Shown: positions 45,683 to 59,384 of the stretch, piece by piece | Layout: every line of letters starts with the position of its first letter | Position numbering within the stretch: position 1 is the stretch's first letter | NCBI RefSeq assembly: GCF_009914755.1 | Contig: NC_060932.1 | From: the human T2T-CHM13v2.0 reference genome, Homo sapiens | Reading direction: 5' to 3' (one strand) | DNA: 64,000 nucleotides | Made by a program: the position numbers and the translations under genes | Notes under the pieces: generated by a model | The model's database searches: none | What the model was told of the DNA's origin: nothing | Seen by the model: only the letters and a program-made list of their open reading frames with translations

Positions 45683-46684
45683 ACAGCTCTCATGCTCTAA
45701 CCCTGGGAGCTAGGACCAGGCCCACAGCTTTGTCCTCCGGCCCCTCAGGTTAAACAGCTTCTGTGCTGGAGTGGCCAATGTGTTACTGGTCTACTGGCAA
45801 AATACTCCTATGGGGAGTGCTGGCTAAAGCGCTTTTGTTGGGGCAATGGCAGTGTGGTGGGGGCTGTTGTGCACATGTGCTGGCAAAGTGGTTGGGGGAG
45901 GCTGTGGGTTGGTGCTTGCCAGGAAAATGGTGGGGAAAGCTGTGGGCAGGTGTGCACTGGTAGGGCTCTGTCTGCCAAAGCTCTCTGATGGTCAGGCAGG
46001 GTCTGCCAGTGAAAAAGCCATGGCAGTTGCTGCTCAGAAGTACCCTGGTTGGGCATCTCAGGCTGTGCTACAAGTGTATGCTGCTAGGCAGGCACCCTGG
46101 TAGAGGCCAGCACTCAGACAGTGGGGCACTCACATTAGACTGGCCCGGTCTCACGGTCAAGAGAGCCCTGTTCTGTCCAGGTTCGCCAGTCAACAAAGGC
46201 CAAAGCCACCAAGAGAAGCATGGCAAGTCTTACGGGATGGATATCCCTGGCCATGCACCCCTGAAGCCATTCCCGTGCCAAAGCCTGTGGGCTCCACACA
46301 GGCTGGAAATCCTGTTTCTGCCAACTCTCCCAGCAGCACTCCCTGCTAGCTCAGATGTCCATCTGAGTTCCTGCAGGTCCATGGGGTTTCCTGCAGGTAG
46401 GATTCTGGAGGTCCGTGATGAGAGTGGGTCCCTCCATGCCTGTTTAACCCACACCTTTCCCAGGAGGCACTCAGGGCCAGAAAGGTGTCCTGGTGCTCGG
46501 CAACCCCGGCTGGGTTCCCAGCTTCCTCCCGCTTCAGCCTACGGTCTCTGTCCTCCCTCTGTCCACTCTCAATGTCTTTCTTCCAAAGATCTGCTCAGAG
46601 TGTGCCAGCCTTCTTGATGGTCTGGTCTCTGATTGGAAGAAGTTCTACCTAGCTACATCCAGTTGGGCATTTTGGCTCTTCCTA
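45683..46684 (-). mobile_element. Old L1PA 5' UTR (first ~1 kb), fused directly to the ORF2 3' end
   Basis: Minus strand starts ggaagagccaaaatgcccaactggatgtagc, the degenerate L1 start with YY1-type ccaagatggc motif; GC-rich UTR-like sequence; no ORF1. Confidence 0.75.
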
Positions 46685-46941
<257 letters not shown>

Positions 46942-47060
46942 CCCTTCTTTTATTAAAAAGAAAGTACAATTCAATATAATTAAAAATCAATCCACTATTC
47001 TATGAATACTTATAGCAAGATCATTAGATTGATTTTTACTTATTTTTAAAACTTTCATTT

Positions 47061-47340
47061 ATTATTTGAGACACAGCGTCACTCTGTCACCCAGGCTGGA
47101 ATGCAGTGGCACTATCGTAGCTTACTGTAACCTCAAACTCTTGGGCTCAAGTGATCCTCCCACCTTAGCCTCTCTACTTGAGGACTGCAGGTACCTGTCA
47201 CCATGCCAAGCTATGTTTTTTGTTTTATTTTTTTGTAGAGATGGGAATTTTGCTATATTGCCCAGGCTGGTCTCAAGGAATTCTCCCATTTTGGCCTCTC
47301 AAAGTACTGGGATTATAGGTGCGATCCACCATGGCCAGCC
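47061..47340 (-). mobile_element. AluJ
   Basis: Diverged reverse Alu (aacctcaaactcttgggctcaagtgatcctcc); short TSD tcattt. Confidence 0.88.
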
Positions 47341-48010
47341 TCATTTTAAGTTTTGACAAAGCCTCAATAGAAATTGCAAAAATAACTAGTATAAAGTTGA
47401 GACAACCATTGGTTTATCAACTATATTTCATTTTTAGCTATTAATTATATTTGCTTATGTTAGGTACAAGCATTTGTTCATTTATCTACTTTATATTATT
47501 TTATAGAGAACATACAATATATTACTTTTTTAGACATTGGAAATGGAAGATTAATAATGGAACAATCTGCTCTAGTCTTAAAAGCAGACCATTCATGTGG
47601 AATTAGCAATAAGGCATGAATATTATACACTGTTTTAACCTGTAACAAAAAGCATTGTGAGAGTATGCAAGTGTCATCTAAATAGGACTTGATTTTGAGA
47701 AGCGCTTCCTGAAAGCTGACACTTGACCTTTAATGATTTCAAAGATGATGATTACTGGCCCATACGAATCCAAGTATTATAATACCATGGTGTATGTGGG
47801 AAGTCCAGATCAGTCAGTTTCTCATTCATACACTAAGAACCCCTTTTCCTTGTCTTTTCAAACTTGCAGGCACTGCGCAGTGGATTTCAGAACTCAGATC
47901 TTTCCATATTTGTTTTTCTTGCAACTGACATTGTTTTCAGTTACATACAATATTTCTAGGATTTACACAATAGGAAACTGGTGAGCCATAAGAAGTAAAA
48001 TAGTCAAATT

Positions 48011-48351
<341 letters not shown>

Positions 48352-49311
48352 TTAAGGTATGCAGTGCAGCAAGAATTAATGCTTTAACAGGGCATTATAA
48401 ACACTATGTCTCAGGCTGAAGTCCATCCAAACCAACACATTGCTATAGGCTTAAGGTATATTTACAATCTACAATTGTTTTGGTCCTATTTGCTTGCTGC
48501 CATTCTTTCCACAAATTCTCTTTTACTTACATACCAGCTTTAGAAGTCCCACGCTATCTGAATTATTAATATTCTACCCATTAACATTTATCTGATTAAC
48601 TTTGCTCTCTATAAAGATAGTATGCCATCATAATGTTATTTTTAGAAAAAGCATTTTCAACTGCTAGATTTCTTAGCTCTGGCATTATTAACCTTCTATT
48701 ATTTAGACATTTATTTTCTAGATATTCTTCTAGCACCTCAGGAGACTATTACAGTTGTAAGTAAAAGTGATGAAGGTCAAATCCTTATCAGGAAAATAAA
48801 AAAATATTTACAATATACAAATATAAAAGCTCAAGTATCAAAATCATTAAAGGCCCAAAAACAAAATTATGTGGATATGCAGGAATGGAAACAGGCTTTT
48901 GAATCTTTGGCCTGTACATTTACAAACTATATTTCACGATATTTTCTCACTGTATAAGCAAATAAACTATAATCTAAAATGCAAAATGTAGAGAGCCAGT
49001 TGAACAAACTTGAGACCAAACACGCACAATGATTTTTCTTTTCTTCTGGATTCCTACACATTAAAAATGTTGCTTCCCTTATTATCAATTGTAATTATTG
49101 TTTTCTATTTATTAGGCACGAATCTCACTGGACATATAGTAAGAACTCTACCATTGGTGTGTATTTCCCCAAAAGAAAAACCTTTCAAGGGCAGCAACCT
49201 CATATGAGGAGCCTCTGTTTGTACTCCTAAAGGTGTCTCATGAGACAACTTTGGAGAAAGCTAACAGAACAATTTAGAAAGTGAGTGGTTGGAGTTAGAG
49301 TTTTGTTAGGG

Positions 49312-49501
49312 CATTGTTTCTTAAACATTAGCCCATATCGGTACAACCTGCAAGGTTTTTGTAGTAGATTTTTGTGTAGATTGTTGAGCTTCACCCCAGA
49401 GTTTTTGATTCACTGCATCTGGGATAGGACCCAAGACTTTGCAGTTCTAACAAGGTCTTAGATAGTGCAGTGGTTTAGGGACTGACCTGTCAAAACCATG
49501 G
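49312..49501. mobile_element. MER5A DNA transposon
   Basis: caccccagagtttttgattca...tctgggataggacccaaga..ttgcagttctaacaag. Confidence 0.7.
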
Positions 49502-50194
49502 CACTGCAGGATGGGAAGTTCTCAAGCTCCCTCATTTTTCTGATAAGTTTTACCCCATCCTCATAATTGTCCTCATCTGCAGCCAGGCCACTAGGTACCT
49601 ATCTTATTCCTGTGTGATCCACCTTTCAGGACAAGAACATACCTTTCTTCAGGACCTTATGTAGGCTTTGCAACAGAAGAGAATTTGCCACTGGATTCGC
49701 AAAGTTGTATATTTATGTTGCTTACGCACTTTCTTTTCCTAAGGAGAAAAATGACGTTCTGAAAAGATGGACTTTATTGCTTAATAATAAGTGAGCTAGT
49801 TAAAACTAAAGTAGCTAATTTCTAGAATGTGAAATTAAAAGACAAAGTAGCACTTGAGCCTGAAACAGCTGCAAAGGCAGTTGCAGAAGTCAGCACTCAA
49901 TCAATGGAAAGCCAAAGCAGCTGACACAGCTTTTTTCTAACATTTAAGTGCTTTCTTCTTTCATGTAACTCATATTCATTCAACTGCATTATGATCCGCT
50001 CAAAAATGCCAACATTGTCATTTCCGTATCCATCTGTAAACTAGTTCTTCCGAAGAGATAAAATTAAATTTTCAACCTCTAATGGCATAAACCAGCACCA
50101 CCTGATATCTTGCTGTATAGAAACATACTCTCGTTCTCTTCTTCCCGAACTGAAGGGCATGGAGACAGATTCTAAAGAGGCTGGAGAGGTTGCC

Positions 50195-50581
50195 TGAATT
50201 AATATGTTTTCCCACTGCTATAAAGAACTGCCCGAGACTGGGTAACTTATAAAGGAAAGAGGTGTAATTGACTCACAGTTCCACATGGCTGGGGAGCCCT
50301 CAGGAAACTTATTACCGTGGCAGAAGGAGAAGAGGAATCAAGACATCTTCTGCACAAGGAGGCAGGAAGAAGAATGAACGCAGGAGGAATTACCACACAC
50401 TTATAAAACCATCAGATCTCGTGAGAACTCACTCACTATCACGAGAAAAGCATGGGTGAAGCGGCCCCCATGATTCAATTGCCTCCACCTGGTCTCTCCC
50501 TTGGCAGGCGGGGATTATGGCAATTATGGGGATTACAATTCAAGTTGGGATTCTGGGTGGGGACACAGCCAAACCATATCA
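50195..50581 (-). mobile_element. THE1C-type solo LTR
   Basis: ...ggggacacagccaaaccatatca end; TSD ttgcc/tcgcc. Confidence 0.9.
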
Positions 50582-50868
50582 TCGCCTATCTCTACTCTTC
50601 ACACCCACTCTGACTCTTCAACTGGGTTTATGATTTATGCTCTTACTGTGCAGATTCTGTGTTTATGGGCCCTGACACAGCTTGGTGACTCAGGTGGTTA
50701 TGTAATTAATGTGTCTATTAATTTTCTGCTGCTGCCATAACAAATTAACACAAAGTAGTGGCTGGAACAAATTTACTACCTTAATGTTTTGTAGGAGTAC
50801 CAAATACAGTACAAGTCCCCTTAGGCTAAAATCAACAGTATTGTTAGGGTGAGTTCTGACTTGGAGGC

Positions 50869-51792
50869 TTCGTTAGTCCATTCTTGCATTGCTATAAAGA
50901 AATATCTGAGGCTGAGTAAGTTATAAAGAAAAGAGATTTATTTGGCTTATGGTTCTGCAGACTGTACAGGAAGTGTGTTTGTTGTGAAGACCTCAGGAAC
51001 TTTGCAGTCATCATGGAAAGCAACAGAGATCTAACATGTCACACAGTGAGACAGGAAGCAAGAGAGAGAGAAGGGGGAGATTCCCATATTCTTTTAAACA
51101 ACCAGATGTCACATGAACTAACTGAGCAAGAAGTCACCTATCACCAAGGGGATGGCACTAAGCCATTCATGAGGGATCCACCCCCATGACCAATCACCTT
51201 CAACTTCCAGCATTGGTGTGATGGTTAATATTGAGGGTCAACTTGATTAGATTGAAGGATACAATGTATCGTTCCTGGGTATGTCTCTGAGGGTTTTGAC
51301 AAAGGAGATTAACATTTGAATCACTGGACTGGGAAAGGCAGATCCACACTCAGTCTGGGTGGGCACCACCTAATCAGCTGCCAGTGTGGCTAGAACAAAA
51401 GCAAGCAGAAGAATATGGAAATAATAGACTGGCTGAGTCTTCTGGCCTCCATCTTTCTCCCGTACTGGATGCTTCCTGCCCTGGAACATTGGACTCTTCG
51501 GTTTTTCAGCTTTGGGACTCTTGGACGTTCGACCACAGACTGAAGGCTGCACTGTCATCTTCTCTCCTTTTGAGATTTTCGGACTCAGATTGGCTTCCTT
51601 GTTCTTCAGCTTGTGGATGAGCTATAGTGAGATCTCACCTTGTGATCATGTGAATGAATACTCCTTGATAAATTCCCCTTTATATATACATCTATCCTAT
51701 TAGTTCTGTCCCTCTAGAGAACTCTGACTAATACTATTGGGAATCACATTTCAACATGATATTTGGCGGGGACCAACCTCCGACCCATATCA
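50869..51792 (-). mobile_element. MSTA/B solo LTR, split by MLT2A
   Basis: ttagtccattcttgcattgctataaagaaata...ccatatca; perfect TSD gaggc. Confidence 0.85.
51217..51735 (+). mobile_element. MLT2A (HERV-L) solo LTR, probably MLT2A2
   Basis: tgtgatggttaatattgag...ctagagaactctgactaatac; perfect TSD attgg. Confidence 0.9.
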
Positions 51793-54789
51793 GAGGCTGT
51801 GAGGGAAGATTCATGTTCTTCCTCATTTGAGTCATTGGCAGACTTCAGTTCCATGTGGCTGTAAGACTGAGGGCCCCATTTTCTTGCTGATTAGAGGACT
51901 GTTCCCAGCCTCTCGGGGCCACCCACATTCTATGACTCTTGTTCTTGTTCTCCGTCTTCGGGGCTGGCCATGATAGGTCGAATCCCTCTCATGTCTGAAA
52001 GCTTTCCTCCTTCCCTTTCTGCCACTTCTTTCTGACCCACCCAGGAAAGAGTCTCTGCTTTTAAGAACTCATGTGACTAGATTGGGTCTACCCAGTTAAT
52101 CCAGGATAATTTCATACATCGAGGTCCTTACTCTTAATCACATCTGCAAAGTCCTTTTGCCAAGTAAGGTAATATACTCACAGGTTCCGGGCATTAGAGC
52201 ACAGGCATCCTTGGGGGACTTTGCCTACCACAATCTCCAAGCGAGGTCACTTTTGAGAAAAGGAAGCACTACTAATAAGCATGTCATGACAACAGAAATG
52301 AACCAGGACACACGGTCACCTGATTATGACACTGAGAGTGTCATAAATAGTTCCACATGGACTCACAGTTCCACATGGCTGGGGAGCCCTCAGGAAACTT
52401 ACAACCATCGGAGAAAACGAAGAGGAGAAAGATCTAACATAAAGGCTGTGAGGAGGTTTAGAAGGAAGGGATTGTGTGCTAGAATAAATGAGTTGTGCTA
52501 TGTTACTAGGGTTTTATCTAATAAGTGCTGTTAAATAGTTTAATAGTAACTTCTATGTGTGGGGGAGTGGGGAATCGGGTGCTAAAGAGATGATTAAGAA
52601 CACAAATGTGCCTTTAAGAAGCTTCCAGCTAATTTTCAACAGATGTGTTAATGAATGTCCACCTTGACTTGTAAATGTGCTTAGGGTTCATATGAGGCAG
52701 TGGAGATGGACAAGCGTTTGATTTTAGGGGATGGGCATTGATTGCAGAGGAAGAATAGATTTTCCTTGACTGTGAATTCACATGGAGTCCAGGATGACCA
52801 GAATCTCTTCTCTAACCAAGGCTGGCAAGCCAGGACCACTGGGCATTACTGAAAACAACATAAAATGAGCATCCTATTTAGAACATCCCCTTAATTAAAA
52901 AGAAGTCTACTGGGGACTCTTTAATTAACCACAGAGTACCACATTAACCTTTTCCTATGTTGGTATAAAGTTGACGCTCTATTCCCACGGGTGAAATTTC
53001 TTCAAATGCATTCCACTATCCTTAGGCATATACACATTTAAAAAGAAATAAAATATGGAGATGTTATAGTTACTATTCCCAATAAAAGGTAATAATAAGA
53101 CTCAAATTATGTATGTATTCATACATGATTGTATAATGATTTAAAATGAAGCAATTACTTTGAGGCATTCATTGGACCTAGTTAGAAATGCTTGCATATT
53201 TTATAAGAGTTAATGTTTTATGTTTATTTATATTTGAATCATTATACTGTAAGATGAGACTTTTTGGCTTGGTAAGCTTAATGTTATTAACTTATCATAG
53301 TCTAATTTATACAAGAATTGCTGTGATTCTGAGTTACGTATTGCTACTTAATATTCTTGTCATCATATGGTATTTTATACATAATTTGAAATAATAGTTT
53401 TTCATAAGCTCTTACAATATTGATACTAAATTTTGATGTTTCTAGCTAAATGTATGTAGAAATTTTCATTGTTAAGTGGTATATATAAAATAGTTGAATA
53501 AGTGTAATGTACCTTCATACTCGTCATTGAGCAGAAAACTGAACGTTATATAAAAGTGCTTTAAGTGTAAGATATTTATAATTTAATAAATTAAAACAAT
53601 TCTGACTTTATTTTGAATAACTATTTTACATACCACATTATTTCTGTTAGAGATTTAGGTTTTCATTTCCTTAATTGTGACTGACATGATTTACGTGAAA
53701 ATCAGTAATGTTAAACTTTAAACAGAAATATGAAATAAACTAATTTTATTGGAAGAAAAATATAGTGGATAACAAAGAAAAGTTGTTCCTTTAAGGATGT
53801 AGAAATAAAGGCAATAAATATAACTGTATAGATCAACACTGAAAATGATGTGACTGACATTCAGGAATATGCTTTCAGAATACATAGTCCTGTAATCAAA
53901 AGACGAACACTAAGTCAAAACAACTTTTACTCTACAGAGGTTAGAAAATATGCACAGAGTTATATTACCGTTTTCTGTTATGGGCACACAAATCAATATT
54001 TATGTGGTTTTTTAGGTTTTAAAAGTTTCAATAAACACATTTAACCCAAAATACATGTTAACCAAGGAATGTGTTTTTATATAATAAATACAGTTATGAA
54101 GGAATTAACATTTCTTTTTATCTGGTGTTAAGCACCACAAATAGTAGACTGTCTTTGGAGCACATTTGGAAGTAGCAGGTAACAGGGTCTGGAAATGGAA
54201 TATGTTGTGTGAAAGCAGGTGAGGGAGCAAGGACACTGGTGACAGCATCGACTGAGGGGTAAATGACATTGGTTGATAAACTTAATATAGGGTCTCCCAA
54301 GAGTTCACAAAGCCAGGATCAAATTAACAACAAAAAAGTATTTTAATTTAAAAAATCTAAAATAATTAAAAATAATTTGAAATTAAAAAATGGGAAAAAA
54401 CCGTTTTTTAGAGTGGTGGAGCAGTATGATGTCAACTGAAAAATAGACTCAAAATGGCTGTATTGTTTAGAGGTTTATACATTTAAAAATTCAACACACA
54501 AAAAGAGCAGACAATACAACTTAGGCAGTATATTCAACACAGCAGGTGAAAATATGGGCAAGACTTGATCTTTGTGCTTCCAATAAGTTTCTGAGAAAGG
54601 GAGACATGAACTTGATTCTATTACAACCTGCCAAGTGCTGTAAGACACATGAACACCAAATGGCACAGCATGATGGTACGGTATGTGCAATAACTAAGCA
54701 TGCATCAAAGCATGGCCTCATAGAGATGGTAACTGAATGTTCAAACTGTAATTTAAGGAGTTTATCAAGTGTATAATAAGAACAAAAAT

Positions 54790-55560
54790 ACTATAGGCAG
54801 AGAGAAAACCCCAAGTATAAGCCCAGAAGCTCATAGGTGCATGCAGCAGCCTGGCAGATGATGGCGATGGACACTCAGATGGACAGCTGGAGCCAGTTGT
54901 AAAGGGCTTGAAAAGTCATAGTTTGTCCTTTGAACTTCATTCGTTGTAATGCAGAAACATCAAGGATGTTACTGTGGGGAATTTGGGCATCAGATTGATC
55001 AGGATGGATTTGACCATCAGCGGGTTTAGGACTGATTAGATGCAAAGAGGTTTGCAGAGAGGGTGGCCTGTGGTAATGGCTCTGCAACGGTCTAAATGAG
55101 AGGGCAGGAGGGATAGATGGAGAGGAGGCTTAGCTGATACAGTAAAAAGAGAAAGGCTGAAGAAAAAGGGTGGAGATGGAATTGGGATATTTCACATCGC
55201 TCACTAAAATAGGCCTTAGGAGAATAACAGCAAGTTTGCAGGCAAGTTGGAAAAGAGATCAGAAGCCCTCAGCTTGATGTTGTTCTAGTTGAATTTGAAT
55301 TGCCTATGGGCATTCCCATTAAATGTATTCAGTAGGCACCTGAATATCTAAATCTTGTGCTCAGAAGAGTGGTCAGAATAGAGATACAGATTTATGTATG
55401 CAGCAACTGAACCTACGAGAATGGGAAGCGATTACCCAGGGAGAGCACATGCATCAAGAGATGACCTCAACTATTTTAGGGGTGAGTAGGTAAAGCGCTC
55501 AGAAAGAAGCTCAAAATAAGTTACTGGAAAAGGAAGAGGAGAGTCAGGAGAGGGTCATGC
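54790..55560 (-). mobile_element. L2 LINE fragment
   Basis: gttgaatttgaattgcctatgggcatt...agtaggcacctgaatat...ctcagaagagtggtcaga...gagatacagattt. Confidence 0.6.
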
Positions 55561-55860
55561 GAGATGCAGCCTCGCAAACCACATGGCACTTTTAGCACTG
55601 CTGTGCAGTCGCAAACAACATCAACAGATTAATACAGTCTGTATTTACACAGCAGATCCCCAGGAATTCGCAGTCCTTTTTTTCTTTTAAAAATGGAATT
55701 CTTGATTTAAAAAATTATGGCATAAAATGTGGGTCTCTCATCTATTGTGATGTTTCTACTCTAGTATTTCAGGTTGCACTTCAGCAATTTTATAAAGTTG
55801 TCCCAAAATACTATTGCTGAAAATTGAAGTCACAAGCCTACATATCTATTGGGTTATTTA

Positions 55861-56177
55861 TTTTTATTTTTATTTTATTTTATTTTATTTTTTTTGAGAC
55901 GGAGTCTCGCTCTGTCACCCAGGCTGGCGTGCAGTGGCGCGATCTCGACTCACTGCAAGCTCCGCCTCCCGGGCTCACGCCATTCTCCTGCCTCAGTCTC
56001 TCAGAGTAGGTGGGACTATAGGAGCCCGCCACCACACTCTGCTTATTTTTTTGTATTTTTAGTAGGACGCGGTTTCACCATGTTAGCCAGGATGGTCTCG
56101 ATCGCCTGACCTCGTGATCTGCCCGTCTCGGCCCCCCAAACTGCTGGGTTTACAGGCGTGAGCCACCGCGCCCGGCC
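55861..56177 (-). mobile_element. AluY
   Basis: CpG-rich reverse AluY, (TTTTA)n tail, perfect 16-bp TSD tctattgggttattta. Confidence 0.95.
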
Positions 56178-57739
56178 TCTATTGGGTTATTTAGATGACA
56201 GAGGTAATGAGATGGGTCAGATACTCCGCAACTCTTTTGTTTCTAAGCACACATTTTCCCTGGTCCTTGCCAGCACCAGAGGAAATGGTTTAAAAGAGAC
56301 ATTCATAAAAGCTGGGGTGTCAACGCTCTACTGTTTATTTTTACCTATGTTACATTATTTACATTATTTATAAGCAAACACTATGCTGTTATATTTATTA
56401 AATACCCTCTTTTATTTTCCTGTTCAATTTATACCTAAGGCATCTCACATTCATCCCAAAAGTTTGTTACCTTGCAACATTGTCACCTAAAAACACTATC
56501 TTTCAAAAAGTGACAATTTTATGCAGTTATATTTTTTGCTAACCTTTTAATTGCACCTTATTGTTCTCTTTTTTCTAATAGCATCTCCAAATATTTCTTT
56601 TTGCCCTGAATATTGCTTTTTTAAAAAGCCTTAGATTTCTATAATTTCAGTAGGTAATTTACATTTATTTTATAAGCACAAAGAGAATAGTAATAAAAAG
56701 AGAACAAAAGGCAAGCATGTTATCAAACACTCTGCCGGCATCATCTTTAACAGACTTGGTAAAGAGTTCCCAACCATTTGCAGAGCTCTGCATAAGCAGA
56801 CCTGGAAAAATTAACAGATCTGATCAGTATTCACCCACTAAAGAATGGCAGACTTGTATGGAAGAAGACATGGTGAGACCATATGTTTACCTTGAGGTTT
56901 TGTCCTGAAGATTTGTCAAAGACCGTCTTTGGAGAAGTTGGGGAAACATTTGACTCTCCTGCCAATATGCATGAAAAGATTTAATAATGGTGTCTCTGTG
57001 ACTTCCTTTTGGTCTCATAATACTAACAGCAATCAAAGCCTAAATAGAGGAATAAAGATAAAAGCAACTTAGAATATTTAGCATACAAACCCAAGCAGAC
57101 GGCCAAAGTTTTGGAAGGAAGTGAGCAGTAAGGGTGATGGTAAGCAATGAGAATGTGACCTGTGTATACATTTCTGTCAACCTGAAGTCTGGATTTCTGA
57201 GTATTCTTGACAAGGTTGCCTGGAGAGGATTCACGGAGGAAGAGTTTATAGAGCTGGTAGAATAAGATATTGGTGATAAAATGTAGAGTCACATGTTATA
57301 TTCCCTGAGAAATGGACTATAAGGGATCATGTGTGGAAATTTTCTTAGGAGCTGCCCTTGGAAGGGAAAGGAAAGAAGCAGGATTGGATAGAGGGAATAG
57401 TTGGGCTGTGACGCTGTTTTGGTTTTCATTGTTATGCTTTCTTTCTAATTTGATCTTGACGTCTTCTCTTGAGACTATCCATAAGCTTTCCCCTTGCCTG
57501 ATTGGAAATTCAAGGAATTTGGCCATGGATGTTTATAATGTGCATTCACAGAGTGCTTCTTTATCCTAGAAGATAGCCTGAGTCCTAAATGTTGACCCGT
57601 GACCTTGTGTTCCTCTCACAGGAATCTTGTTTGTACCAGCAGATGCCCTTGCGGCTCTTATCTGATCTATGTCCACTTTATTCCTGTCATTATAACCACT
57701 CTCTAAGAGAGCTGTGAATAGAAATAAGGTGAGAAGCAG

Positions 57740-57767
57740 GTGTGTGTGTGTGTGTGTGTGTGTGTGT
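57740..57767. repeat. (GT)n microsatellite
   Basis: Direct reading. Confidence 0.95.
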
Positions 57768-57950
57768 CAGGTGAGACACAACAAGGAAGGGAAACCAAAA
57801 TGCATGAAGTAGAAGAAATTTGTTACTCAATGGTCTCAGAGAGGTCAGGAACTAAGGGATGCCAAAGGGAGGCCAATGGAAAGCCCAGAGTTGGTGGAGA
57901 GTACAACCAGTGAGTAAGGGGAGGAGAGGGAGGAGGAAGGGAAGGGCAGC

Positions 57951-57953
<3 letters not shown>

Positions 57954-57983
<30 letters not shown>
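57954..57983. repeat. (GA)n microsatellite
   Basis: Direct reading. Confidence 0.95.
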
Positions 57984-57988
<5 letters not shown>

Positions 57989-59009
57989 AACAAGCCCATG
58001 AGACTATGCCTTTATTAAGGTCCATGAACATTGTTCCTTAGGGTTTTCCTGAAGGTTGTGTATTGGTTAGTGTCAAGAAGACTCAGGCAGTGGGTGAGAA
58101 CTCATTTCCATGGCTCTGGCTAACGACCGTTAGATTTTACTGTGGTCAGCAGCTGTGGGGTGTGTTGGGCTGTGGATCAGTAAGATGAGGAACAAGCAGG
58201 ATATAATGCAAACAACCACCACACAAGGAGGAAAAGTTTTAACTAGGCCAAAGGTGATGGGATACAACTGGGTTTTAAACAACTTATGTGATGCCTAAAG
58301 ATGGACACTGAGGAAGCAACTTCATTAAAAAATGATAAAAGATGCAGTTTCAATAAAGGTTTCAGCCAAACCCATGGGGAGCTCTAAAGTTGGGTGGCCC
58401 CTACATCAACAAGTTATTAAATATAGGCTTCCCAGGAAGGGTTGTGACTCTCTTTAGCTGAGACATTTTCTGAAGGGGATGGTAGGTCAGGCCTTCTACC
58501 AACAACATTGTCAGTGACTGACGGAATAAGTCTTCCAGTCATGAAGGGGAATCTGTATTACATCAGTGTATACCAGAGTCCACTGCTAGCTTTTATCACT
58601 CAGATCCACTTCTTCATATAAGTTCTCAGAGCAGCTCCTCTAAGAATTTGGAGATCTTCTTTTTGTGAGAAAGTTAGAAGAGAAGGCTAGCAGGACAAAA
58701 TGCTGCTACAATGCTTCAGATGGTCTTAGAGAAGCAGCTGATACTCACCATCACATTCCTCTACCCACCATTCTCAATTCCCTTCACCCTTGCCCACCAC
58801 CTCTCCGTATTTCAGTGGCTTACCTGGTAGCATGACCTATGCCCTCATCCCTGAGAAGTCTGAGCCTCTGGTACTAAGCCCTTCTTAGGCAATAGTTTCT
58901 GCGCTTGTCCATTTTTTGTTAAAACCATGCAAGGTCATATGAATAGGCAGTCATGGGAAGCATCTGGATGTGAAATATGTTCCTCCCCATCCCTATTTCT
59001 AACAGCATC

Positions 59010-59384
59010 TGATATAGTTTGGCTCTGTTCCCACTCAAGTTTCATCTTGAATTGTAGTTCCCATAATCCCCTTGTGTCATGGGAGGGACCCGGTGCAAAG
59101 TAATTGAATCATGGGTGCCGTTACCCTTACGCTGTTCTCATGGTAAGGAGTGAGTTCTCACAAGATCTGTTAGTTTTATAAAGGGCTTCCCTCACTTTGC
59201 TTGGCACTTCTCCTTGCTGCCACTATGTGAAGAAGGGCATGTTTTCTTCCCCTTTTGTCATGATTGTAAGTTTTCGGAGGCCTCCCCAGCCATGCTGAAT
59301 GGTGAGTCAATTACATCTCCTTCCTTTATAAATTACCCAGTCTTGGGTATGTCTTTATCAGCAGCATGAGAACGGACTGATATA
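59010..59384 (+). mobile_element. THE1B/C solo LTR
   Basis: tgatatagtttggctc...gagaacggactgatata; perfect TSD gcatc; TAATTGAATCA at 59101. Confidence 0.92.

Larger units (their letters stand above)
50714..52232 (-). mobile_element. MLT1E-type LTR hosting nested MST and MLT2A LTRs
   Basis: gctgccataacaaatta...ggctaaaatcaa; resumes at 51793; ends tgcctaccaca. Confidence 0.78.
57415..58340 (-). mobile_element. ERV-L-class LTR (MER54/MER74-group-like) inserted in LTR16
   Basis: ~925-bp block interrupting collinear LTR16 sequence; 5-bp TSD gacgc/gatgc. Family uncertain. Confidence 0.6.

Noticed and set aside
45670-45695. Spliced L1 (SpIRE) explanation of the internal deletion
   Set aside because: The L1 bases expected before the 3' breakpoint are not AG; not supported without a consensus alignment.
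45988-46617. 209-aa + strand ORF
   Set aside because: Antisense to a GC-rich L1 5' UTR, no recognisable domain; no basis to equate it with ORF0 of young L1s.
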